Source: Candidatus Latescibacterota bacterium
GTDB taxonomy: Bacteria; Latescibacterota; UBA2968; UBA8231
Assembly: GCA_965217585.1 (NCBI GenBank)
Contig: OZ244561.1
Coordinates: 6,624,001 to 6,688,000, forward strand
Length of the DNA: 64,000 bases
Direction of reading: 5' to 3'
This document shows positions 8,800-18,429 of this stretch, in pieces. Numbering within the stretch: the first letter of the stretch is position 1; each line of letters opens with the position of its first letter. The translations under genes were made by a program, and so were the position numbers. Below the pieces are notes generated by a model that saw nothing but the letters and a program-made list of their open reading frames with translations, ran no database searches and was not told the origin of the DNA.

Positions 8800-11700
8800 T
8801 TAAGAAGCGCCTTGAGCGCGAAACTCCGTCAGCAAGCGCTCGGCTCGCTGCTTGGCTTGGACAGCCGACGCCTCTTTTACCTGCTCATACCCGCGAATGT
8901 CGTCCGGCAACTCGGCGATTTCTACGGCCTGCCCATAGCTTTCTTCGGCCAATACCGGCAAGACCTCTTCAATCAACCCGCAGTACCAACCCACCAAGGC
9001 GCGCTCCAAGCGGCGTCCCGCCGTGTACCCGAACGGGTCCAGACGCGTACCGCGCAACCCCTTCAGCCGACTCAGCAGCACCAGCGCCGGACGCAGGCCC
9101 TTGCCAAAACCGATCTTGCCCTTGAGCAAGCGCCGCAGCGTGGGCGGATGCAGTTGCCGGACGATTTCCACCTCCCCGTCGAACAGGGCGCGCATCCGCT
9201 CTTCGCTGCCGTTGTGCGTCGCCAACCGCGCGACTTCGTATTCGTCCTTGTATGCCATCAGCTTGTACAGGCCCCGCACCACGGCCCGCGTGAGCTGCAA
9301 GCCGCGTGAAAAGCCTCGATCGACTTCCCACACTTGGTGCACAAACTGTAAGTACCGCTGGGCATAGGCGACGTCCTGATACGCGCACAGCTCGGCTAGC
9401 CGCACCCCCAGTTCTTTCTGTCCCTCCGCATTCAAACCCGCCAACGCCGCCAAACCCTCGTCGAGCAGCGCCCGCGCCGCCGCGTCAGGCGCTAGCCGTT
9501 CCTGCACCTCGGCCAACGTTTGGCCCGCGGACACTTGCTGAGTCCCCAACGCCCGCTCCACCCGCGCCGGATCGGCCACCGCCAAGCGCCCCCAGCGGAA
9601 AGCCTGCACATTGTTTTCCACGGCCTGCGCGTTTAGGGCAATGGCCCGCTCAATAGAGGCCGCTTCTAGGGGCAACACTCCGGCCTGATACGCAGCCCCC
9701 AACAGGAGCATATTGGCGAAAATTGTATCCGAAAAGAGCCGCTCGGCTAGCCAGTAGGTATCGAGGTAGATGTTGTCCTTGCCCGTGCAGCGGTCGATCA
9801 GAGCGCGCAGGCGGGCCGCGTCGGGAAAGGGCTGCGTGCGCGGGTTGCGATTCATCGCTGCATTGGCGATTTCAGCGGTGCAGACGAGGGCGCGAGTGCG
9901 CTGGGGCGCGGCGTATTTGAGATTGTCCGGCTCAGCCGCCCGCAGCAGGTCAAACCCCAAGTACAGATCGACTTCCCCAGGGAAGAGGCGGTTGAACACA
10001 GGCTGTTCGGCGGCGCTTATCACAATCGGCGCTTCGACCGGCCCGCCCTTTTGCGCCAAGCCGGTGTTGTTGGACAAATACATGTATTTGCCCTCCATCA
10101 TGGCTGCGTACGCAATGAGATGAGAAATCGTCACCACGCCCGTCCCGCCCCGTCCCATAGCGAAGATCGCGTACGGCCGGTCCAGCGGGCACGCTGGCGG
10201 CTCTGGAAGTTCGTCCAAAGGCTCCGGGCGACGGCGGCGCAAGCGCGTGCCCTTGGCCGGCTTGACCACGGCAAAGGACGGGCACTCGCCGTCGATGCAC
10301 AGCCCGTCTTGCGCGCACTGGGCCTGCCGCACCTGCGTCTTGTCGCCAAATTCGGTCGCTACGCTGTAGAGCGCGGCGCAGCCTTCGGACTGAGCATAAC
10401 AGTCGCCGCAGCCCTCGCAAATGGCCTCGTCGATGAGCACGTATTCGTCGGGTGTCAAACCTTGGCGGCGGCGGCGACGGCCCTTCTCGGTGGCGCATTC
10501 CTTGTCGAGGATGAGCACAGTCGTCCCGGCAATTTCCTTAAACTGCTCAAGGGCTTCGGCGTGGCGCTCCAAGCCGAACACCTCGATCCGCTCCCCATCC
10601 AAGTGGCGATAGCGCGCGGGGTCCTCGCTGACGACCCCCACCTTCACGACCCCCAGCCCCAAAAGCTCCTGCACGACATCCGACACCGGCCGCTCACCCC
10701 CGGGCGTCTGCCCGCCAGTGAGCGCGACCGCCCCGTTGAAAAGCAGCAGAAAGGTAATGTTCACCTCGCCTTGGATGCAGCTTTGGATCGCGCCGCGACC
10801 GCTGTGGAAATAGCTCCCGTCGCCCAAGTACTGGTAGATGTGCTGGTTGCCGTTGAAGGGTGCCCAACCGCTGTAAATGGACCCACCCGCCCCCATCGTG
10901 GGGATGTAGAGAACGCCGGAGTCGTAGGCTTCAATCGCCCGGATGGAGGAGCAGCCAATGGCCCCTCCCGGCTTTTCGCGCAAGTCGCGGAAGGTGTTGT
11001 ACGGACAGCCGCCGCAGGACATGGGCGTGACGCGGGGCACGGACGGATAGGTGCGGTCGAGTACGCGCTGCAGCTCGGCGAGGCGCTCGGGGGCCACCCC
11101 CAGACGCGGGCCGAGCTTGAGCGCCAATTCCTCGGGATCGACTTCGCCATGCGCCGGAATCAGCGGCTGCCCGTCCTCGTCCCACTGGCCGTACACTGCC
11201 TCCACAGCCGTTCCCCACAGCGCGGCTTTGACGCCCTCTTCGACAAAAGGACCTGGCTCCTCGACCACGTAGATGCGCCGCAGTCCACGGGCGAATGCAC
11301 GCACGATTTCGTAGTCGAGCGGGTAGCTCACCGCGAGGTGCAACACCGGCACCCGCAGCCCCAAGTAGGAGAGGGCCTGCCGCACGTCCGCGTAGCTCTT
11401 GCCCACGGCCACGATGCCGACCCTGCCGCCCGCGTCCGCATCCACGATGCGGTTGAGGTCGTTGGCGCGGACATACGCTTCCACCAGTGGCCACTTCTCC
11501 TCCACGAGTTGCTGCTGCATGGGCAATGCGCCCGTAGCCATGACGATCTGGTTGAAGCGCTTGGCAAACGCGCGCTCGGGCAAGGCGATGTCTGGCCGCA
11601 CACGGCCCAAGTCAACCGTACTCGCGCCATCGCACACCGGCGTCGCCAGCTTGAGCGCGGTTACCACGCCCGCGTGGCGCGACAAGGCGACCGCGTGCAA

Positions 11701-12225
11701 CCCCAAGCGAATGACGTCCTCGACGCTGGCCGGATAGAAAATCGGCACCATGCTGCTGCGCAACACCCAATCGCTGGCTCCGGGCGAGACCGAGCTTTTG
11801 GAGCGGTGATCTTCTCCCGACAGCAGGACCATGGCGCCGCGTGCGCCGGTGCCGCTGAGGTTGGCCAACCACACCTCGTCGGGAATCCACATCGTGCCGT
11901 GCGCCTTGCCATACCAGAAGGCATCCACGTCCCCACTCGCCGCAAACTGGCTGCCCAATATGGCGGAGGCCGCGGTTTTTTCGTTGATGCCGAACTGGTG
12001 CACCGTGCGCCCTAACTCGTTGAGCACGTCGAGCTGGGCGACTAGCTTCAGGTCCAGTCCCCCCAGCGGCGACCCCTCATAGCCGGTGAAATAAGTCTGG
12101 TTGACGTGGCCGCTGGCTTGATCGCGCTCCTGTTTTTCGCGCACCAGACGCACAATCGCCTCCATGCCCGTGAGAAAAACCCGGCCATCGCGCTGTAGAA
12201 ATTTGTCCTGAATGTCTAGCTTCAT
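8800..12225 (-). CDS. Indolepyruvate:ferredoxin oxidoreductase family, fused alpha/beta
   Basis: TGYEGSPLGG, CGGCP, TPP motif GDGSYFHSG, ferredoxin-like CEGCGDC, GLAQKGGPV, KLMAYKDEYEVARL, IRGYEQVK. Confidence 0.92.
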   Translation of the reverse strand: MKLDIQDKFLQRDGRVFLTGMEAIVRLVREKQERDQASGHVNQTYFTGYEGSPLGGLDLKLVAQLDVLNELGRTVHQFGINEKTAASAILGSQFAASGDVDAFWYGKAHGTMWIPDEVWLANLSGTGARGAMVLLSGEDHRSKSSVSPGASDWVLRSSMVPIFYPASVEDVIRLGLHAVALSRHAGVVTALKLATPVCDGASTVDLGRVRPDIALPERAFAKRFNQIVMATGALPMQQQLVEEKWPLVEAYVRANDLNRIVDADAGGRVGIVAVGKSYADVRQALSYLGLRVPVLHLAVSYPLDYEIVRAFARGLRRIYVVEEPGPFVEEGVKAALWGTAVEAVYGQWDEDGQPLIPAHGEVDPEELALKLGPRLGVAPERLAELQRVLDRTYPSVPRVTPMSCGGCPYNTFRDLREKPGGAIGCSSIRAIEAYDSGVLYIPTMGAGGSIYSGWAPFNGNQHIYQYLGDGSYFHSGRGAIQSCIQGEVNITFLLLFNGAVALTGGQTPGGERPVSDVVQELLGLGVVKVGVVSEDPARYRHLDGERIEVFGLERHAEALEQFKEIAGTTVLILDKECATEKGRRRRRQGLTPDEYVLIDEAICEGCGDCYAQSEGCAALYSVATEFGDKTQVRQAQCAQDGLCIDGECPSFAVVKPAKGTRLRRRRPEPLDELPEPPACPLDRPYAIFAMGRGGTGVVTISHLIAYAAMMEGKYMYLSNNTGLAQKGGPVEAPIVISAAEQPVFNRLFPGEVDLYLGFDLLRAAEPDNLKYAAPQRTRALVCTAEIANAAMNRNPRTQPFPDAARLRALIDRCTGKDNIYLDTYWLAERLFSDTIFANMLLLGAAYQAGVLPLEAASIERAIALNAQAVENNVQAFRWGRLAVADPARVERALGTQQVSAGQTLAEVQERLAPDAAARALLDEGLAALAGLNAEGQKELGVRLAELCAYQDVAYAQRYLQFVHQVWEVDRGFSRGLQLTRAVVRGLYKLMAYKDEYEVARLATHNGSEERMRALFDGEVEIVRQLHPPTLRRLLKGKIGFGKGLRPALVLLSRLKGLRGTRLDPFGYTAGRRLERALVGWYCGLIEEVLPVLAEESYGQAVEIAELPDDIRGYEQVKEASAVQAKQRAERLLTEFRAQGAS

Positions 12226-12345
12226 AAGAGGCTCTTGAGGCTACGTCCTCCCGTAGCTCTTGTCCGTTATGCTATATTCTATAATATAATAGACAACAGC
12301 GCCGCAGACGCACGCCAACCTTTAATCCACAACGTAGAGCTAACA

Positions 12346-12633
12346 ATGGCCGAAACGATTGACGAACTCACCATCCACTACGAGGAAGACGGCAAAGTCT
12401 TGCGCAAAGAAGTGGCCAAGGAAGTGCTTAGCAAGGGGGCTTGGTCGACGATCATGTACCTCTACCAAGACCTCAATCGCCAAACCGGCGAGTACGGCCC
12501 GCGCAAAATATCCATTCGCCGCTACCAGAAGCACGACGGGACCTTCCTGCAGCGCAGCAAGTTCGATGTATCAAGCCTTGCCCAAGCGCGCGCGATCTGC
12601 AGCAAGATACAGGACTGGTTCCCCGCAGAATAG
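12346..12633 (+). CDS. Small hypothetical protein (95 aa)
   Basis: ATG at 12346, host-like codon usage; KGAWSTIMYLYQ...ISIRRYQK...SKF; function unknown. Confidence 0.7.
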   Translation: MAETIDELTIHYEEDGKVLRKEVAKEVLSKGAWSTIMYLYQDLNRQTGEYGPRKISIRRYQKHDGTFLQRSKFDVSSLAQARAICSKIQDWFPAE

Positions 12634-12642
12634 ACGCGCCGC

Positions 12643-13788
12643 TCACCCTGCTGTGCTAGCGACCTTCACTGGCACGCGATGCCAGCCCGTGCGGCCATCG
12701 TACAGATCGGCTCCGGCATCGGTCCTCGGCTGCACGTCCCCCGCGCTATCCGCTGCCCGCGCGACGATCTCGTACTCGCCCGACGCGGGCAATTCCCATT
12801 CGTAGGCCCACGTGACCCAAATATTGGGCAAGCGCTGCGTGGTAATCTGCGCCTCGGCCCAAGATCGCCCGCCATTGGTGCTGACCTTGACCGATTCGAT
12901 CGTGCGCTCGCCGGCCATGGCGATCCCGTGGATGACAAAAGGGCTGCCTTCGACCCCGCGAATGGTTTGCAGCACCATTGAAACGCCGCCGTTGGCCGGG
13001 TCTTTCACATCGTCCCACACCGAGAGGGGTGCGTCAATCCGCGAGTTCACAGTCGCCACGGCCGGGTCCGACCACTTGAAGGACTTGTTCTCGGGCTTGC
13101 TCTCCCAGTAGCCGAGATAGGCTTCGTCGATCAGCTCGATGCGGGTGATCCATTTGGGCATCTTCTGGCCGTAGTGCCCGGGGTTTATCAAGCGCAGGGG
13201 AAACCCGTGCTTAGAGGGCAGCGGCTCGCCGTTCATTTCCCAAGCGAGGAGCACCTCGTCGCGGAGCGCGCGCTCCAGTGGAATCGACGTGGTATAGCCA
13301 TCAACGCTGTAAAACTTGACCCGGATCGCCTCGCTCTTGATCTCGGCTAGGTCGAGTACCTCAGACAGCGGCGTGCCGCCCCATTCGGCATTGCCCACCA
13401 ACGGCCCGCCGATCCAGTTGCCAATGCACTGCATGGTCAAGACCTGCCGATTCATGGGCAGCGCGGTAATATCCGCGTATGTCCAGCCCGCGTGGACTTG
13501 CTCCACCAACCCATCCACCACCAAGCGCCAGCTATCGGCCACCAAGCCCGGATCGTAGTTGGTCCCTTTAATCGACTGGAGATAGTGCCGTGCATTGGGA
13601 GTAATCGGCGGCAGAGGTAGCGCCCCTTCCTCGGGCATCTCCTCCATATCCATAATGTCCATGTCCGGCCCGGTCGGCATGCTTTTAAAGCGCACCTCGT
13701 TGCTGTCGCAACCCCAAGTGGGGAGGATCGCGGTGGCGATAACAGCCCCGCTCGACTTGAGAAACTGACGCCTAGTTGATCTGTTCAT
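12643..13788 (-). CDS. Tat-exported molybdopterin oxidoreductase, sulfite-oxidase family
   Basis: TRRQFLK twin-arginine signal, Mo-ligand MQCIGN, HGFPLRLINPGHYGQKMPKWI, C-terminal dimerisation domain. Confidence 0.9.
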   Translation of the reverse strand: MNRSTRRQFLKSSGAVIATAILPTWGCDSNEVRFKSMPTGPDMDIMDMEEMPEEGALPLPPITPNARHYLQSIKGTNYDPGLVADSWRLVVDGLVEQVHAGWTYADITALPMNRQVLTMQCIGNWIGGPLVGNAEWGGTPLSEVLDLAEIKSEAIRVKFYSVDGYTTSIPLERALRDEVLLAWEMNGEPLPSKHGFPLRLINPGHYGQKMPKWITRIELIDEAYLGYWESKPENKSFKWSDPAVATVNSRIDAPLSVWDDVKDPANGGVSMVLQTIRGVEGSPFVIHGIAMAGERTIESVKVSTNGGRSWAEAQITTQRLPNIWVTWAYEWELPASGEYEIVARAADSAGDVQPRTDAGADLYDGRTGWHRVPVKVASTAG

Positions 13789-13798
13789 GACAACTCCT

Positions 13799-14611
13799 TC
13801 AGCGAATGAGGGCTAACCCCATGCCCAACGACGACCCGGCCCCAATGTTCTCGCCCTTGAAAACCATCTTCCACAACAAGTCAATCCACAGCGGGCCAGC
13901 CACCTGCACGGCCACATTGCCACCCACTTCGGCGAAATCGCCTTCCGAGACCTGCACTACTCCGACTAGCCCACCCTCCGAGTCTGCCGCGAGGGTGTAC
14001 ACACTGGCGACAAATCCCTTGGCGAACAGCCACGGAAGCGGCGTGGCCCCTAACTCGACAAAATAGGACACCTGGTTGGAAAACGGGCCGCCGCGCAGCT
14101 TGTACCCCACCTCACCACCCGCGTAGAGCGGCAGCGGATAGAGCGACAGCCCCGCCAAGAGTCGCGCGCCCTGTTCGGAATAACCGGTACCAAGGGCCGG
14201 GTCGTACTCTCGGTCGTACCCGCTAGGAAACGCGACATCAACCTGCGGCGACAGCACCAGCCTACCCTCGGTGAGTTGGTACTTCGCGCCCAGATGCACG
14301 TCGCCCAGCCCCCAAGTGATGCGCTCGACAAAGCTATCCTCAGACACCAGCCTCCCCGCGCCGACCTGCCCGGTCAACGTCAGCCGCTCGCGCAACCCGT
14401 ACTCGCCATATACGAGGAGCTGGCGAGCGCGGAATTGGTTGTCGTCCATGCCCATAGAGGCGCGTTTGCCCATATCGTTGAAGACCTCGGCGGTCGAGTA
14501 GTGGATCCCCGAGAGCTTGGCGTAGTAGCCTCCGCGGGGCTGGCTCCAAGCCCCCGCCCATACCTCCCCTGCCCAACACAGGGCCAACAGGCCCGTTGCT
14601 AACCAACGCAT
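13799..14611 (-). CDS. Putative outer-membrane beta-barrel protein
   Basis: Signal peptide ending VWA, AWSQPRGGYY, YGEYGL; alternating beta-strand pattern. Confidence 0.6.
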   Translation of the reverse strand: MRWLATGLLALCWAGEVWAGAWSQPRGGYYAKLSGIHYSTAEVFNDMGKRASMGMDDNQFRARQLLVYGEYGLRERLTLTGQVGAGRLVSEDSFVERITWGLGDVHLGAKYQLTEGRLVLSPQVDVAFPSGYDREYDPALGTGYSEQGARLLAGLSLYPLPLYAGGEVGYKLRGGPFSNQVSYFVELGATPLPWLFAKGFVASVYTLAADSEGGLVGVVQVSEGDFAEVGGNVAVQVAGPLWIDLLWKMVFKGENIGAGSSLGMGLALIR

Positions 14612-15759
14612 TTCCCGACCCCTTTCTGCGGTACAATCCGCTCGTAGAGTGCTAACAGTTTCTCGGCCTCGGCTTCCCAGTTAAAATGCTCTTCAGCGGC
14701 TCGCCGCGCCTGCGCCCCCTTGGCCTGCGCTGCCACCGGATCGTCGAGCAAGCAGCCGATGGCGCGCGCGTGAGCGACCGGGTCGCGCGGATCCGCGAGC
14801 AGGCCCCAATCCGCGACCTCGTGAAACCTGCGTATGGAAGGTAAATCACTGGCGACTACGGGTAAACCGCAGGCGAGGTACTCAAACAGCTTGGTCGGCA
14901 CGAAGGAGGCCAAATTCTTGGGCGAGATCTGCCCCGGCACCAAGCCGATCTGGCACGCGGCGATCGCCGCCCCCAATTCGTCGTACGGCACGCGCTTTTC
15001 ACTGTAGTGTATCTGCTCTTCCAGCCCCCACTCGCGCCGGCGGGCCTCAAACCGCTCCCGCAGCTCCTGCGAGTGAAACGCCCCGACGCTCAAAAGGCGG
15101 GCCTGCGGATGGGTCTTGGCCAGTTCGCGCATGATTTCGAGTAAGAACAGTCCGCCCCGGTCTTCGGATAGCGAGCCAATGTGAACCAGTGCGCAAGGCC
15201 CTCGCTTGCCGCGGCTAGGAGAAAACCACTCCAAGCGAGGGTAGTTTTTCACTACCGCAAAGGGGCGGCTGGCAAAGCGCTCGCCTTGCTCCTCAACCAC
15301 CCCGACCACGGCCGTGACAAAGTAGCGCGCGAGCAAGCGTTCCCCCCAATCAACCAACCGCGAGAGGGGCTGCCGCAGCCGCTCGGGCACCCACGGCCGC
15401 ACCATGGCCACCAGTGGGAAGTGCTCGTGTACGTCGTAGATGACCCGACGACCGCAGAGCCTGAGCACCGCACCCACCGGCAACAACTCGGGGTCGTGGA
15501 AGTGGAAGCAATCGGCGTTCGCGCCCAGCCCAGCCCGCAGCAAGCGCCACAGGTTCAACAGCCGCTGGCCGACCCCTCGCGCCACTGGCACGGTTTGCAC
15601 GCGCACCCCGGCCCGCGCCCCACACCACGCCTCCGGCCCTGGCCCCACTACCGTCACCGCGTATCCGGCACGCGCCAAGGTCTGCGCTTGCTTGTAGAAA
15701 ATCCGCGCGTCAAACGGGCTGTGGACATTCGTCAGGTGGTACACCTCAGGCGCAGCCAA
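14599..15759 (-). CDS. GT4-family glycosyltransferase
   Basis: HSPFDARIFYKQ, HFHDPEL, IYDVHE, PTKLFEYLACGLPVVASD; TTG start after GGAGG. Confidence 0.9.
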   Translation of the reverse strand: MAAPEVYHLTNVHSPFDARIFYKQAQTLARAGYAVTVVGPGPEAWCGARAGVRVQTVPVARGVGQRLLNLWRLLRAGLGANADCFHFHDPELLPVGAVLRLCGRRVIYDVHEHFPLVAMVRPWVPERLRQPLSRLVDWGERLLARYFVTAVVGVVEEQGERFASRPFAVVKNYPRLEWFSPSRGKRGPCALVHIGSLSEDRGGLFLLEIMRELAKTHPQARLLSVGAFHSQELRERFEARRREWGLEEQIHYSEKRVPYDELGAAIAACQIGLVPGQISPKNLASFVPTKLFEYLACGLPVVASDLPSIRRFHEVADWGLLADPRDPVAHARAIGCLLDDPVAAQAKGAQARRAAEEHFNWEAEAEKLLALYERIVPQKGVGKCVG

Positions 15760-16441
15760 AAAGCACCTCCCTGCTTTGCGGGCCGCAATTAAAAAGCAAA
15801 TCCAACACCGACATCTCGGCGACAAAACCCGCCTGACACTGGGGGTACACCGGGTGTTCAAACTCGGTAAAGCGGCATTCAAGGCCGGCCGCGGCAAATG
15901 CCTCAGCGTCCAAATACGCCTTCGAGGCCCCTTCTCCCGCTAGGTACACCTGACAGTCACACGACTTGGTCATATCCACCAAGCGCAAGGTCCGCTCGTT
16001 GCGCAGGTCCATCTGCGAGCTGAAGCGGACTTCGACCTCCAAGTCCAAGAGCTGTAACAAGTGGCGCAGCAGGGCCACGTTTAAGTCGATCAATTGGGTC
16101 CACGCACTCGCGTAGAGGGCCTCTATGGCTGGGGCGTACGCGTCGAAAAAGGGCGCGTGGCCGTAGTGCCAGCGCAGGGCTTGGCAGTGCTTGCGCCGCC
16201 AATCGCCGTCGGGCTGGATCTGGACATCGCATATTCGCTGCTGGCCTCGGCCCCGCGTCAGCACCGGCACGGTCAGCCATTGCCAGCCGGAGACCGTGCG
16301 AATGCGGTTGCGGTTGGTCAGGCTGCCGCGGCTGTATTGCACATCGTCGGCCAAGACCCACACATCGGCCTGTCCCACCTTGTAAAACAAGCCCAGCCAA
16401 GGCAGAAAGTTGGGCTGATGTGCTGCCAACACCCGGCTCAT
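15746..16441 (-). CDS. WbqC-family protein
   Basis: AHQPNFLPWLG, DDVQY...NRNRI, WLTVPV, YGHAPFF, SVLDLLFNCG. Confidence 0.9.
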   Translation of the reverse strand: MSRVLAAHQPNFLPWLGLFYKVGQADVWVLADDVQYSRGSLTNRNRIRTVSGWQWLTVPVLTRGRGQQRICDVQIQPDGDWRRKHCQALRWHYGHAPFFDAYAPAIEALYASAWTQLIDLNVALLRHLLQLLDLEVEVRFSSQMDLRNERTLRLVDMTKSCDCQVYLAGEGASKAYLDAEAFAAAGLECRFTEFEHPVYPQCQAGFVAEMSVLDLLFNCGPQSREVLFGCA

Positions 16442-17073
16442 CAGCGCACCCACCTGAGTACGTCAAACGCCTCGGCGTACTCCACCATAATCTGCCCACC
16501 CCTGGTCCGCGCCCAGCTCCATATAAAATCCTCTTGGGTGTACGAACGATGCTGCTGCGACTGGTAGCAGCGCAGCGCGGCGACCTTGGTCTGCACGTGC
16601 GCGCGGGTGAGTATGCAAAAATGTCGGTAGTCAAAGCTCAAGTTGTTCCACGGCAGCTCGTAGCCGAGCACTGTGACCGTCTTGAAGGCGCGCAGGCCCT
16701 CAAGGTGAATGGTCTGGTGGTCTTGGTGCAGGTCTTGGGCGCTGGGCAAGAACACGGTTGCTGGGTCAATTTCTCTTTTCATCCTCACCAGCTCTTCGAG
16801 GATTTCTTGGCGCATGTGGGGCAGGTGGCGCACTCTGTACTTATAGACCAGCAGGTTCGCCGCAGGGATCCCGAGGACCTTCGTGCCCTCACGCACCTCC
16901 TTCTCCAGAATGTCCGGCGGAAAGGGCGGCGGCACCGACTCGGCCGCCGTGGAAAAGGCCGCGTAGTACACCTCGCGGCCCTCTTCCACCATGCGGCTGA
17001 TCGTCCCCCCACAGCCGAGCTCGCCATCGTCCGTGTGCGGCGCGAGCACCAAGACTCGGTCATTTATGGGCAC
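16441..17073 (-). CDS. PIG-L/LmbE-family deacetylase
   Basis: APHTDDGELGCGG and DLHQDH motifs. Confidence 0.9.
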   Translation of the reverse strand: MPINDRVLVLAPHTDDGELGCGGTISRMVEEGREVYYAAFSTAAESVPPPFPPDILEKEVREGTKVLGIPAANLLVYKYRVRHLPHMRQEILEELVRMKREIDPATVFLPSAQDLHQDHQTIHLEGLRAFKTVTVLGYELPWNNLSFDYRHFCILTRAHVQTKVAALRCYQSQQHRSYTQEDFIWSWARTRGGQIMVEYAEAFDVLRWVR

Positions 17074-18229
17074 AGGTATCTCCTTCCTCCTCGGCCAATA
17101 CTTCCGCCAAGCCGCAGCACACCCTTTCCACGGCCTCGTCGCTCAATCCCGGGAACATCGGCAGGGTCACTATCTGCGCTAGCACGGCCTCAGCAACGGG
17201 AAAATCCCCGGGGCCATAGCCCAACTCTCGCTGGTAAAACGGCGTCAGGTGGCACGGCGGCCAGTACACACTGCCCGCTTCAATCCCCCAGCGCTCGCGC
17301 AACGCGGCGACCACCTCTTCACGTCTTTTTCCGGCGGGCAAGCGCACGGGAAACTTGTAGTACGCGTGTACGCGGCCGGCGAATTCCGGCAAGAGCACAT
17401 CGCCGCACCCCAAGCGTGCGAGCGTGCGCCGGTAGCGGGTGGCGAGGCGGTTGCGCGCGGCTGTGTGCTCGGCCAGCCGGGCCAATTGCCGCAAGCCAAG
17501 CGCCGCGCTCAGCTCGGGCAAGCGGTAGTTGTGGCCCAAGCGCTCCAACAAGCGGCCCTTTGCGCTCACCCCGTGCGTGCGGAAGCTCCGCGCAAAGTCT
17601 GCTAAATCGCGGTCGTTGGTGCTCAACATGCCCCCCTCGCCCGTCGTCAGCGGCTTGGTCGGAAAAAAGGAAAAGCCCGCGGCATCGCCCAAACTCCCGG
17701 CTGGCTGGCCGTCGGCTCTAGCGCCGTGGGCGTGGGCCGCGTCTTCGAGCAGCAATAGCCCGCGCGCGCGGCAAAACGAGCGAATGGCCTCGATGTCGGG
17801 CGCAATTAAACCGGCGATGTGGACCGCGACTACGGCCCGCGTCTTTTCCCCGACCTGTGCCTCGATCTGCGGTAGGCCGCTCGACAGAGTCTGTGGGTCG
17901 ATGTCGCAGAGGACGGGCCGTCCTCCGGCCAGCAGCGCGGCGTTGGACGAAGCAATAAACGTATTCGTCGGCACCACCACCTCCCACCCTTCGACCCCCC
18001 AATGGCGCAAGGCCACCTCCAACGGCGCGGTCCCCGAGCTCATGCCCACGGCGTGTTCCGTGCCCACATACGCGGCAAACTCCTGCTCAAACCGCTCCAA
18101 GTAAGGCCCCATCGTCAGACGTCCGCTGCGGAGGATCTGGGCAAAATCCTCGAGCAGCGCGGCCACGTCCTCTTCGGGGATACAGGGCCTTGTCTGGGGC
18201 ACTTTAGCAGGCGGCACGGTCGCGCCCAT
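17060..18229 (-). CDS. DegT/DnrJ/EryC1/StrS PLP-dependent sugar aminotransferase
   Basis: [30 protein letters not shown]. Confidence 0.93.
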   Translation of the reverse strand: MGATVPPAKVPQTRPCIPEEDVAALLEDFAQILRSGRLTMGPYLERFEQEFAAYVGTEHAVGMSSGTAPLEVALRHWGVEGWEVVVPTNTFIASSNAALLAGGRPVLCDIDPQTLSSGLPQIEAQVGEKTRAVVAVHIAGLIAPDIEAIRSFCRARGLLLLEDAAHAHGARADGQPAGSLGDAAGFSFFPTKPLTTGEGGMLSTNDRDLADFARSFRTHGVSAKGRLLERLGHNYRLPELSAALGLRQLARLAEHTAARNRLATRYRRTLARLGCGDVLLPEFAGRVHAYYKFPVRLPAGKRREEVVAALRERWGIEAGSVYWPPCHLTPFYQRELGYGPGDFPVAEAVLAQIVTLPMFPGLSDEAVERVCCGLAEVLAEEEGDTCAHK

Positions 18230-18299
18230 CTCCCTGCGCCAGCGACGGGCCTAGCGCGCTCCCCACCAAACCACCGACTCCTAGCACCAATATCTTCAC
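18204..18299 (-). pseudogene. 31-codon stub of an NAD-dependent epimerase/dehydratase at the head of the sugar operon
   Basis: GAGGAG RBS and GTG start; reads [31 protein letters not shown], with a GxGGxxG Rossmann start and a stop overlapping the DegT start. Confidence 0.7.
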
Positions 18300-18429
18300 C
18301 GCAAAAGCTCCTCAGTCAATTGTGAATGCACTGCAACATAACACAAATACACAAGCGCGTTTCCAGCAAGAGAGACGCGCTACGCCTTCTTCCTTTGACA
18401 AACAGGGCCTCGCGTTTAATTTTTGGAGC

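Noticed and set aside
10051-12015. 654-aa + strand ORF and many other long antisense or alternate-frame ORFs (e.g. 16420-17721, 38373-39341, 61313-62332)
   Set aside because: They lie opposite motif-rich genes, are Arg/Ala/Pro-rich and lack motifs; shadow ORFs expected in GC-rich DNA
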